The translations under genes were made by a program, and so were the position numbers. Below the pieces are notes generated by a model, which worked only from the letters and a program-made list of their open reading frames with translations, did no database searches and was not told the origin of the DNA. DNA of 14,892 nucleotides, taken from contig JBBISH010000140.1 in assembly GCA_037441385.1 (NCBI GenBank), forward strand, positions 1 through 14,892. Direction: 5' to 3'. Position 1 is the stretch's first letter. Each line of letters begins with the position of its first letter. This DNA comes from Myxococcales bacterium (GTDB lineage Bacteria; Myxococcota_A; UBA9042). Of this stretch, positions 7,901 through 14,892 are shown in pieces.

Positions 7901-9438
7901 TCAACAACGCGGTGGTGGACGGCAATCGCGTGCTGGTGCTCTACCACAAGTATGGCGTACCGGGGTCGTACCTCCTTGTCTACGAGCATACCGGCACGTA
8001 TACGGTCAAGCAGTTGGTGCCCGAGACCCAGGTCGAGGCCACCGACATTCACTACACGGACTACTATCCCGAGCGCTACGGGGCCATCTTTTCGGACGGC
8101 GGCTTCATGACCACCGCCTGCAACAACAGCAAGCTGATGGCGCGCTTCTACGACCCAAGCGGCAAACCCTATGGCGGGATGCGAACCCTACCTACCTATG
8201 GCGGCTGCTGGCACACCGCGACGCGGGTTGGCAGCGACGCGGTGCTAGTCGCCTGGAACCATCAGGCCGACGGCCACCGCTACGCCATCGCCTACGATCG
8301 TTACGGTCGGGCCCTCTATCGGCCCGAAATCGGTGTTGCCAACAGCAATTTTGCCGCTGTGGCCGCCACTCCGTCGGGCGCCATCCACGCTGTCGGCATG
8401 GCCACGTTTACCGGCACCGTCGCGTTGCTTGGAGTCAACTCCGCCGAATCAAGCGGCCTGACCGCGCTGTGGTCCAGCGATTACTCGGTCTGGATGCGCC
8501 AGCCGACTCTGGCCATTGGCGGCGGCGGTCACGAGTTGCTGGTCTGGACCCAGAACACCGGCGGCGGGCCGCGAGCCGCTGCGCGCATGCAGCCGCCCGC
8601 CGGCAACGCCGTGACAGTCGCACTTTCGGGAACCTGGAACCACGACAACGTGGGCGGCGCGGTCTTGCCCGATGGCCAGTTCGCCATCACCACGGACAGC
8701 GTACCCGGCTATGCGGCCTCGCAAATCAGCTGCTTTGACGCGGCCGGCAAGCAGACGGGCTCCACGCAAGACGTGCTGGGCGGCAGCTTCACGGGTCGCG
8801 GGGCGCTGACCGTCGTGGCCGCGCCCGACAAGGCAGGCGGCACCTGGCGCTACATCACCGCCATGCACGGCAACGGCGGTCAGGCCAGCAGCGTGTACCT
8901 GTCGGCCTACGACAGCAACTGCACACTCCTCAAGGGACCGGTGGCGATCTCGGCCTACTCCGTTGGGCAGCAGATGGTCTATCCCACGCTGGCCGCCAAT
9001 TCGGCCGGCCTAGCCGCGGTGGTGTGGGCGGCGGCGAAGGGCCTTTCCGGCGCGATACCCGGCACCGTGTGGGCCCAATCGTTCGATGTGGCGACGCTGG
9101 CTGCCAGCGGGAGTGCCTTCCAAGTGGCGCCCTCGATGCCGATGGACAACGTGGCCGAGCAGCCGGTCCGCCGCAGCGCCGCGTTGATTGACGGGGCGGG
9201 CGTGCTCGCCTTTGCCTGGTCGACGCCCACCGCCGCGGGCAACGAGATCGCGGTGGCCCGTTGGAAACTGCCGTACACCGGCGGACTTGCCGTCGCGCCG
9301 ACCGCGATCGTCAACGTCGCACCGGCCTACACCGGCACCTACACCTCGCCGTCCCTGGCCGTGCGGCCCGATGGCACGTTGGTCGTGGCCTACACGCGCA
9401 GCGATGGGCCGGCAGTGCTGCGGCAGCTGCGGCCCTGA
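4933..9438 (+). CDS. 1501-aa Cys-rich-repeat lipoprotein (putative adhesin/surface protein) with C-terminal beta-propeller-like domains
   Basis: ATG 4933 follows purine-rich AGGAAGAAAGGG. A hydrophobic stretch and lipobox (LAGILVALLGLAS-C) lead into an Asp/Ala/Thr-rich linker, then ~15 CDDxNxCTxDxC units. The ~750-aa beta-rich C-terminus contains RFYDPSGKP, PTLAIGGGGHELLVW, PTLAANSAGLAAVVW and PSLAVRPDGTLVVAY. Stop TGA at 9436-9438. Confidence 0.9.
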   Translation: MNKQGPPPGAVRRPWPRDYPVCLAGILVALLGLASCRAPLLDEQSATASDAMQDVGGSLDGQVLSDALGKDAAADTLAGDAGDAADTVDTLDATDATDAVGVDGGPDGADTASLDADTAGSDSADATDTPDAPETADAADTAEPGDAGPLCTTASCDDKNLCTDDFCDPAKGCAHVPKAGACDDGNACTDGDFCEVGVCKGSPKNCADNLPCTTDSCDKGTGCSHQGVDSACKDSDPCTVDQCDGKYGCVHFATETTLTCDDGDACTKGDTCQGGKCKGGAFVCACSSDADCANPNKCLGDYQCVAGSCKVKPGTAVVCTGTVAECHALQCDPATGQCGQVPSGDGLPCGNNQCVVGAVCGAGKCAGLPLNCDDANPCTADTCAVDLGCIYTATTSGCDDGNACTTGDACSDKGCQPGQPINCNDLNPCTSDSCKDGACTSTPNAAACDDNNPCTENDTCGGGSCKGTAVATCCKSDLGCDDKNPCTTDSCNVATGVCSSAPSSGGVCNDGNACTTQDTCASGTCQGSKLDCSGKADACHDAVCNTTTGCQAEVKLDGTPCDDKNACTVSDGCSSGNCTGSAKLCDDANTCTTDSCDPNSGCVNAANTASCDSDGSACTTDVCQNKVCTVAIALVCPKLACAANACDAKTGTCIAGTPLQAGTACDDGNAQTTSDVCDGKGTCAGSYDIAALCGLMATLNGTCATVAYDPAAKACTVTPKNEGGSCVPDQCATSGTCSNGVCAAADTSKCGARIDDDPANQTVRFGISAANLAGVRAAVAWQAAANAGDQQRVRLVRPDGVREGAEISTSSKATEQLGTRIVSLTDDPAAPNQAALAQVWTDTVGVSAPHYLTLRFLDGWGGITKTSADQSMGSAGGENTGPSVMFGLGAWKATSGSLAGVASCWAWAGLLPSMSAFSGSYMSASSQGLFVPKAPDGLPAQLFLEPDGTMYARDYNNGHLSFAKPSSLQTNVQWAPVTAAAGALKSEDIVNNAVVDGNRVLVLYHKYGVPGSYLLVYEHTGTYTVKQLVPETQVEATDIHYTDYYPERYGAIFSDGGFMTTACNNSKLMARFYDPSGKPYGGMRTLPTYGGCWHTATRVGSDAVLVAWNHQADGHRYAIAYDRYGRALYRPEIGVANSNFAAVAATPSGAIHAVGMATFTGTVALLGVNSAESSGLTALWSSDYSVWMRQPTLAIGGGGHELLVWTQNTGGGPRAAARMQPPAGNAVTVALSGTWNHDNVGGAVLPDGQFAITTDSVPGYAASQISCFDAAGKQTGSTQDVLGGSFTGRGALTVVAAPDKAGGTWRYITAMHGNGGQASSVYLSAYDSNCTLLKGPVAISAYSVGQQMVYPTLAANSAGLAAVVWAAAKGLSGAIPGTVWAQSFDVATLAASGSAFQVAPSMPMDNVAEQPVRRSAALIDGAGVLAFAWSTPTAAGNEIAVARWKLPYTGGLAVAPTAIVNVAPAYTGTYTSPSLAVRPDGTLVVAYTRSDGPAVLRQLRP
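5383..7182 (+). repeat. Array of degenerate Cys-rich peptide repeats (Dictyostelium CTDC-type / myxobacterial style)
   Basis: Units include CDDKNLCTDDFC, CDDGNACTDGDFC, CDDANPCTADTC, CNDLNPCTSDSC, CDDKNPCTTDSC and CDDANTCTTDSC, spaced about 25 aa apart. Confidence 0.9.
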
Positions 9439-9479
9439 GGTCGGGTCTCGTTGGGAGCCCTTGGGTCGAAAAGCGCCAA

Positions 9480-9596
9480 GATTCTCGACCGCTTCCTGCG
9501 CACCCGGCCTACAACCGGCGAGAATCAGGCAGGGACCCCGCTTTGGGCCCGAAGAATGGCCGAGTCCTTCGAGCCAATTGGGCCGATTCGGTATCA
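9480..9596 (+). repeat. Dispersed intergenic element, copy 3 (plus orientation)
   Basis: GATTCTCG-N31-CGAGAATC is a perfect inverted repeat (9480-9487 / 9519-9526), followed by AGGCAGGGACCCCGCTTTGGGCCCGAAGAATGGCCGAGTCCTTCGAGCC...GTATCA. The terminal TCA is the stop codon of the convergent esterase gene. Confidence 0.88.
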
Positions 9597-10676
9597 ATCC
9601 GCCAGCGACCGTGCGGCCAAGAACGCCCAGGCTTTGTTCATGAAGTCGTCGGTGACGCCGTGGTCGCCCGCACTGCCCAAGGTGATGCTGGCGCGGTTGC
9701 CCAGGTGCTCGGCCAGGCGGCACGAATAGACGGGCGAGACGATGCTATCGTCGCTGTTGTGCTTCAAGAAGCCTTGCGGCACCCGGCCGCTGGCTTTGAC
9801 GGTGGGGAACGGCGTGGGGCCAATGGCGCATTGGCATGCCTGGGGGGCGGCGGCGAGCAGGCTGGCGCAATCGGTGGTACCGGGCTTGGCGAACGGGCAG
9901 TCGACGCGCTGGCCACACGGGATCAAACCGCCTGAGTTTTCGGCAAAAGCCGCGATGCGATTGGCCAGGCGCATGGCGACGAAGTAGCTGAAGAACGCGC
10001 CGTTCGAGTGGCCGACCACGTACACGTGGGTGGCGTCGATGTTCAGCACGCGGCGCGCTTCTTGGATCGCGGCGCGGGTGACGAGCAAGTCGGGGTTGCT
10101 GTCGGCGTCGCCGTCAAAGCGCCAGCCTGGGCCGCCGTATTCGTGGTCGGCGTTGGTGCCGCCGTCGTCGGTGGATTGGGGGGCGACCACCACAAAGCCC
10201 TGCGCTTCGGCCACATCGAGCACGCCCAGCTCGCCCAGCGCGGCCTGGTGGGCGTCGTCGTCGGCGTTGCCGCCGGTCCCGTGCAACGCGACCACCAGTG
10301 GCGGCTTGGCCGCGTGGTTGGCGGGCACGTAGACATAGACGCGGCGCGCCTTGCCGGCGATGGTCAAGGTGGCGTAGCCGGTGGAGAGACCGAAGGTGCC
10401 CGTGTAGGCCACGGAATCCGCGGTAGGCTCGCCCGTCACCGTTCCGCCCACCGCCACGTCGCCAGCGACACGTTCGGTTTCAGCCGACGTGTCGGTTGCA
10501 GCCGCGGTGTCCGCACTGGCCGCGCTGTCGGCCGAACCGGCGCTGTCGGCGGGGGCACTCGTGCTGCCGCTTGGCGAGGAACCACAGGCAGTGACCGCGA
10601 GCAAGCCCGCGCACATCGTCGCAAATCGTAGACCGAGCACGCGGGCCCCCAAGGCTGCTGGTTGAGCGAGACCCAA
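9594..10676 (-). CDS. Alpha/beta-hydrolase lipoprotein, PHB depolymerase/LpqC-like esterase
   Basis: RRVYVYVP...PPLVVALHGTGG (oxyanion region), GFVVVAPQS, IDATHVYVVGHSNGAFF (nucleophile GxSxG), HNSDDSIV (Asp) and GDHG (His). Lipobox LLAVTA-C followed by a Ser/Ala/Asp linker. The start is uncertain (TTG 10676 or GTG 10640). Confidence 0.88.
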   Translation of the reverse strand: MGLAQPAALGARVLGLRFATMCAGLLAVTACGSSPSGSTSAPADSAGSADSAASADTAAATDTSAETERVAGDVAVGGTVTGEPTADSVAYTGTFGLSTGYATLTIAGKARRVYVYVPANHAAKPPLVVALHGTGGNADDDAHQAALGELGVLDVAEAQGFVVVAPQSTDDGGTNADHEYGGPGWRFDGDADSNPDLLVTRAAIQEARRVLNIDATHVYVVGHSNGAFFSYFVAMRLANRIAAFAENSGGLIPCGQRVDCPFAKPGTTDCASLLAAAPQACQCAIGPTPFPTVKASGRVPQGFLKHNSDDSIVSPVYSCRLAEHLGNRASITLGSAGDHGVTDDFMNKAWAFLAARSLAD

Positions 10677-10726
10677 GGATGACCCAGGTCAAGTCGATCA
10701 GCAAGGGTCGTCGCTGGCTCGCGCGG

Positions 10727-11779
10727 TCACGGATCGCGCGGTGCGCGCCGATCGTCGTGGCCCTGCACCGGGTTGGGGCGACTCGCCGGTGGCCCGTGAC
10801 CCTGGCGGGCGGCGTCGTCGGGGGTCTCGATGGCGGGTTCGCGGGCGGGCTCAGCGCCGCTGCGGCGACCGCGGACCGACGGCATGGTGATGTGGGGCTC
10901 GGGTGCGGCGATCACCATGTTGCCTTGCGCGCCGGCTGTGCGGTAAATCTCGGGCATCTTCTGCTGCAGATCGTACTGCAAGAACTCAGGGTTGCGACGC
11001 AAGGCCGCGCCGATGCGATCGATCTTGGCCGCCTCGCTGTCGCTCTCCTTTTCGGCCAGGGTTTGGCGCAAGCGCATGGTCTCGATCTCGGCCGTGACGC
11101 GTTCGCGCGCCGCCACCGCCTTGTCGCGCAGCACCGACTGCACCGCGCGATCCACGTTGGCCGCGTCCATGGCGTCGGGGAAGTCGAGGTTGGACAAATT
11201 GACCTCGTGGACTTTGACATAGCGGTGCTCGCGCCCGTCTAGTAGTGCCAACACCTTCTTGCGGATGCCGTCGAGCAGCTCTTCGCGGCGGTCGTTGAGT
11301 TCGTTGGCCTTGAGCGGCGACACGACTTCGCGCACGGCCGACGCCACTGCCGGCCGCACAAACGTGGCGTACATCTTGCCCGAAGTGATGGCGTCGCCTT
11401 GGTCCGGCGTCACCTGGGTCAGCACGCCGCGCACCGCGTCGTCGCTGCAGTCCACCGAGTAGCGGATGTAGATGTCGATGCCAAACTGCACGCCGTCTTT
11501 GGTCAAGGCGGTGAGCGGCTCGCGGACGGTGCTCATCGAGCAGTCCACCATGAACAGGCTGTTGTAAATGCCGGTGAAATAGCTCCCTGGGTTCAAGACT
11601 TCGGGCACAAAGCCTTTGCCGCCGCTGTAGAGCGCCAGCAACCCGGTGCGGCGGAACTCCATGCCGCGGTAGGCCTGGGGAATATCGGTGGTGGCGCAAC
11701 CGGCGAGCGCGGCGAGTGCCCAAGTGAGCAGGAAGGCAGCCCACCTGGGGTGGGCGCTGCGATAGGAAAGGCTATTCAT
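10727..11779 (-). CDS. SPFH (band 7/prohibitin-like) domain lipoprotein, 350 aa
   Basis: IPQAYRGM...VLNPGSYF, LTALTKDGVQFGIDIYIRY, VRPAVASAVREVVS, VKVHEVNLSNLDFPDAMDAA, then a coiled coil and ALRRNPEFLQY. Lipobox LAG-C. GGAG SD upstream of ATG 11779. Confidence 0.9.
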   Translation of the reverse strand: MNSLSYRSAHPRWAAFLLTWALAALAGCATTDIPQAYRGMEFRRTGLLALYSGGKGFVPEVLNPGSYFTGIYNSLFMVDCSMSTVREPLTALTKDGVQFGIDIYIRYSVDCSDDAVRGVLTQVTPDQGDAITSGKMYATFVRPAVASAVREVVSPLKANELNDRREELLDGIRKKVLALLDGREHRYVKVHEVNLSNLDFPDAMDAANVDRAVQSVLRDKAVAARERVTAEIETMRLRQTLAEKESDSEAAKIDRIGAALRRNPEFLQYDLQQKMPEIYRTAGAQGNMVIAAPEPHITMPSVRGRRSGAEPAREPAIETPDDAARQGHGPPASRPNPVQGHDDRRAPRDP

Positions 11780-11890
11780 GGCGGGCTCCGTGCAGGTGCA
11801 AATGGGCTGCCGCACGCCAACACGCGGCGAACCCTATCTATTCCGTAGGGTAGGGTCGGCCCAACTTGCTTTTCCGCCGCTCAGCCTTGC

Positions 11891-12000
11891 CTGATCGACC
11901 GGCAGCGGCCTCGCACCACGTCTGGAGCCGATGCGCCTCCTGAATCTCGCCGGCTGCAGCTCGGGCCAAAGACACGCACAGGCGCCAAGCTGGTGGTGCG
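11891..12000 (-). repeat. Dispersed intergenic element, copy 4 (degenerate, minus orientation)
   Basis: Reverse complement: CGCACC...CGCCTGTGC-N25-GCGAGATTCAGG...TCGATC. Copy 1 has the same CGCCTGTGC-N25-GCGAGAATCAGG spacing and TCGATC at nearly the same offset (52 vs 53). CAGCCGGCGAGATTCAGG matches copy 3 at 16/18. Confidence 0.65.
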
Positions 12001-12076
12001 CGCACAGAGCTGTACTTCCACCTGCAATTCTACTTGGTTTTGCGGCATCTGCTTGACGAACCCGCCGTCCTCGCCG

Positions 12077-13120
12077 ATGACCCGAGCAGCGCACGCCCTG
12101 TCGTGCAGTTGGTCGACGGTGGCTTTCTTCTCCACTTCGCGGCGGCAATTGCTGATCAGCACCGTGGTGGGCGTGGCCTTTGCCTTGCCGCTGCGGATCG
12201 TATTTGCGCTGCCCGACCGCGGCGCTCCCTGGGGCGATGTGTTGGCCGGGGTGATGAGCAGTGCATTCTTGTTTGGTGTGCCCACGGCCACTGGGGCGGT
12301 GGTGGTGTGGTCGCTCGATCGCCACGGCCCGATCACGTGGAAGCGCGCCCTGATCGCGCCGTGGCTCGCCTGTGCGGCGACCATGCTTGGGGCGATGCTG
12401 ACGTTCTTGGAGGGCAGCATCTGCGTGGCCATGGCTGCGCCCGTGTTCTTGGCCATGAGTTCGCTGGGCGGCCTGGCGATGTGGGGCGGCAGGCGCTGGT
12501 TGCGGCGGCGGCAGGGCGATCCTGCGGCGCTGTCCGTGGCCGCGGCGCTGCCACTGGTGATGGGGCTGGTGGAGCCACATGTGGGCGCGGGAACAGCGGA
12601 GTTTCAGGTCGAAAACGTCCGCGTCATCGCTGCGCCGGCCGACGCGGTATGGCGCGAGATCGCGTCTGTGCCGGCCATCGATCCCGCCGAGCTGCCCGAG
12701 TCGCTGGCGCATCGCATCGGTTTGCCGCGGCCCATCGAGGCGACGCTGTCGGACCAGCGCCTGGGCGGCGTGCGCATGGCTCGTTTCGAGCGCGGATTGG
12801 TGTTCCGCGAGACCGTGACCGATTGGCAGCCGGGCAAGACGCTGGCCTTTGCCATCGCCGCAGAGCAGGCCCCGGCCGAAGCGCTGGACGAGCACGTGCG
12901 GGTCGGCGGGCGCTATTTCGACGTGCTGGACGGCCGCTACACGTTGGTCCCCGTGGACGCCGGCCACACCGAGCTGCACCTGTCGAGTCGCCATCGCCTG
13001 ACCACGACGCTGAATGGCTACGCTGGCCTGTGGTCCCAGGCTGTGATGTGGGACTTGCAGCGGGTGATCCTGGAGGTCGTCGCTCACCGCGCCGAAGCGA
13101 CGGGCCGCAAAGCGGGCTGA
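12077..13120 (+). CDS. Membrane protein with 4-5 N-terminal TM helices and a C-terminal SRPBCC/START-fold (polyketide cyclase-like) domain
   Basis: Hydrophobic helices with FLEGSICVAMAAP, then RVIAAPADAVWREI, IGLPRPIEATL...GGVRMARFERGLVFRETVTDWQPGKTLAF, YFDVLDGRYTL and TELHLSSRHRL. The start is uncertain (ATG 12077 or TTG 12053). Confidence 0.85.
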   Translation: MTRAAHALSCSWSTVAFFSTSRRQLLISTVVGVAFALPLRIVFALPDRGAPWGDVLAGVMSSAFLFGVPTATGAVVVWSLDRHGPITWKRALIAPWLACAATMLGAMLTFLEGSICVAMAAPVFLAMSSLGGLAMWGGRRWLRRRQGDPAALSVAAALPLVMGLVEPHVGAGTAEFQVENVRVIAAPADAVWREIASVPAIDPAELPESLAHRIGLPRPIEATLSDQRLGGVRMARFERGLVFRETVTDWQPGKTLAFAIAAEQAPAEALDEHVRVGGRYFDVLDGRYTLVPVDAGHTELHLSSRHRLTTTLNGYAGLWSQAVMWDLQRVILEVVAHRAEATGRKAG

Positions 13121-13290
13121 GCGCAGAAGGCTAGGGCGCGCGCCCCGCCGGGGACGAGTGGCGGCGGTTGAACGGGCAACGGCCACCCGCGACCGGGAGT
13201 TGGCCTGCAGCGAGCCTCTCTTCGATCCTCTGGCGCCTTTGATTGCCCCGCATCGCCAACCCGAGTACAACCCCAGCGCGGAGGTGGGCC

Positions 13291-14721
13291 ATGGACCACG
13301 ACGACACTGGCTTCTTGTTGCGCCGTGCGGTTGTTGCGGACGCTGCGGCTTTGGCGGCCGTGCATGTCGACGGCTGGCGATGGGGCTATCGCGGGTTGCT
13401 GTCGCCGGCCGAGGTCGCAGCCCGCAGCGTCGCGCACCGCACCAGTCAGTGGCAGGAGTGGCTGCAACCCGGCGCCGAGCAAAGTGTTTGGCTGGCCGAG
13501 CGCGGCGGTCAGGTCGTAGGGTTTGCCGCGGCCGGCAAGGCGCGCGACGCCCAGTTGCCGGGCGACCACGGCGAGCTGTCGGCCCTGTACGTCGCCGAGT
13601 CCGCCGCCGGCACCGGGGCCGGGCGGGCGCTGCTCGCCGAAGCGGAAGCGGGCTTGCGGCAAGCTGGATTTGCGCATGCCGTGCTCTGGGTGCTGGCAAG
13701 CAACCTCCGCGCCCGCGACTTCTACCGCCACCACGGCTGGCGGCCAGACGGCGCGCGCCAACGCGATCCCGGGCGCTGCGATGGCCAGGAGCAGGTCCGG
13801 TACGCCAAGCCCCTCGACGGCGTGTTGAAGGCTGTTGACGCTATGAGTAAATGTCTTGTCAGTTATCATGACAATGACCCAACCCAAGCCTTGGCGTGGG
13901 CCGAACGCGCGGCAAGCGAAGACGACGGCGACTTGCTCGCCCACAGCGCGGTCCAGTACTTGCGCGCCCGCCAGCAGCGCGAGCACCAGGGGGTCTACAT
14001 GGACCCTGGCGGCTTCGTGGCCTTCGTCCGCGGCGGCGGCAACGTGGCGCTGTACCAGGCCACCAGCGCGCGCTTGGCCGCCACCTATAGGACCATGCCA
14101 GGGGCGCAGGTCTGCGACTTGGGGACCGGCGACGGCCGGGCGGTGCTGCCGGCGCTGGCTGGGGCGAGCGTCGCACTGACCGCGGTGGAGCCATCGCCGG
14201 CGCTTTTCGCCCAACTGCAGGCCGAGTTGGCCAACGTGGCGCTGGGACCAGGCGGGCGCACCACGGCAGTGCAGGCCACGGCACAGACTTTTCTGGCCGA
14301 GTCGCGCCAGCCGCGTTGGGAGTTGGTGCAGGCCACCTTTGCTCTGCAGTCATTGCCATCGGCCGAGCGGGCGCCGCTGTTCCAGGCCCTGGCGCAGCGG
14401 ACTGAGCGCTTGGTGCTGGTGGAATTTGCCGTGCCCGAGCTGACCACCGTGGCCGAGCGGGCCGCCCACTGCGCCCGCCGCTACCGGCGTGGTCTGGCCG
14501 AATACGCCAGCGAACCAGAAGTCTACTCGTCGGTTTCGCAAGGGTTCTTGATGCCCGTGCTGTTTGGCGCGTTCGACTCTGGGCGACCCGCGACCAACTA
14601 CGAGCAAAGCGCCGCGCGCTGGCGGGCCGAGCTGTTGGCGGCCGGCTTTGCCCAGGTCGACGTAAGTCCGCTGTGCGATTATTGGTGGGCACCTGCGGTG
14701 TGGATCCAGGCAGTCGCGTAG
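13291..14721 (+). CDS. Fusion of GNAT N-acetyltransferase and class I SAM-dependent methyltransferase, 476 aa
   Basis: GGAGGT SD at 13280-13285. GNAT motifs: LRRAVVADAAALAAVHVDGWRWGYRGLL, GELSALYV...GTGAGRALL, LWVLASNLRARDFYRHHGW. Methyltransferase motif I VCDLGTGDG, acidic post-I VEPS, and WELVQATFALQSL. No stop between the domains. Confidence 0.88.
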   Translation: MDHDDTGFLLRRAVVADAAALAAVHVDGWRWGYRGLLSPAEVAARSVAHRTSQWQEWLQPGAEQSVWLAERGGQVVGFAAAGKARDAQLPGDHGELSALYVAESAAGTGAGRALLAEAEAGLRQAGFAHAVLWVLASNLRARDFYRHHGWRPDGARQRDPGRCDGQEQVRYAKPLDGVLKAVDAMSKCLVSYHDNDPTQALAWAERAASEDDGDLLAHSAVQYLRARQQREHQGVYMDPGGFVAFVRGGGNVALYQATSARLAATYRTMPGAQVCDLGTGDGRAVLPALAGASVALTAVEPSPALFAQLQAELANVALGPGGRTTAVQATAQTFLAESRQPRWELVQATFALQSLPSAERAPLFQALAQRTERLVLVEFAVPELTTVAERAAHCARRYRRGLAEYASEPEVYSSVSQGFLMPVLFGAFDSGRPATNYEQSAARWRAELLAAGFAQVDVSPLCDYWWAPAVWIQAVA

Positions 14722-14817
14722 GCCCGATAGGTCGCAGCAACCGATCCGACCAGAACACGACACACCCCCGATCCGCCGCTTTGGGCGCAACTCGGCGTTG
14801 CTGCGTCGTCCCAGCTA

Positions 14818-14851
14818 CGGGTTGCCCCACTGGGGCGACCCGTTCACCCTT
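14818..14851 (+). terminator. Possible intrinsic terminator / stable hairpin
   Basis: CGGGTTGCCCC-ACT-GGGGCGACCCG (11-bp stem, one G.U) followed by TTCACCCTT. There is no real U-tract, and it lies ~95 bp after the stop at 14721. Confidence 0.35.
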
Positions 14852-14892
14852 CGGGCGACCGCTGGGGCCCTTCTCCCTGCGGCGACCTCTAG

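Noticed and set aside
2769..9596. Element copies as classical integron attC sites
   Set aside because: I did not see RYYYAAC...GTTRRRY ends, the orientations are mixed, and there is no integrase in the window.
11841..11866. Imperfect hairpin ACCCTATCTA...TAGGGTAGGGT as a terminator
   Set aside because: It lies in a divergent spacer with no gene ending there, and the stem is bulged.
13190..13240. GAGTTGGCC...TTCGATCC resembling the element's right half
   Set aside because: Too short and not colinear; consistent with chance.
11834..13699. 621-aa minus-strand ORF
   Set aside because: Arg/Pro-rich, antisense to the SRPBCC and GNAT genes, with no recognisable domain.
14761..14800. Possible further element copy (CCGCTTTGGGC, GCGCAACT)
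   Set aside because: Only short GC-rich matches in the wrong order or spacing; the core is missing.
1..14892. CRISPR array or diversity-generating retroelement as an explanation for the repeats
   Set aside because: There are no regularly spaced 25-45 bp repeats with unique spacers, no cas or reverse transcriptase gene, and no repeat pair differing only at adenines.

Overview
GC-rich (roughly two-thirds GC by eye) bacterial window. It most likely comes from a Myxococcota/'Deltaproteobacteria'-type genome, inferred from CDDxNxCTxDxC cysteine repeats and Asp/Ala/Thr-rich lipoprotein linkers. It holds 8 credible CDSs: a 5'-truncated Cys-repeat/beta-propeller surface protein; a TetR regulator; a divergent HD-family phosphohydrolase fusion; a 1501-aa Cys-repeat lipoprotein; a PHB-depolymerase/LpqC-like esterase lipoprotein; an SPFH lipoprotein; a membrane-anchored SRPBCC protein; and a GNAT-methyltransferase fusion. 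The main signal the genes do not explain is a structured ~110-135 bp non-coding element. It occurs in four intergenic regions (orientation -,+,+,-) and has a conserved GCGAGAWWCAGG core, with an internal inverted repeat in three copies. Two direct copies bracket the large Cys-rich lipoprotein gene. Other points of note are a 28-bp palindrome containing both candidate divergent start codons, a hairpin that occludes a Shine-Dalgarno (SD) sequence, and one AT-recoded Cys repeat unit. I saw no rRNA, tRNA, CRISPR array, transposase, recombinase or reverse transcriptase. Family assignments come from motif recognition only; no searches were run.
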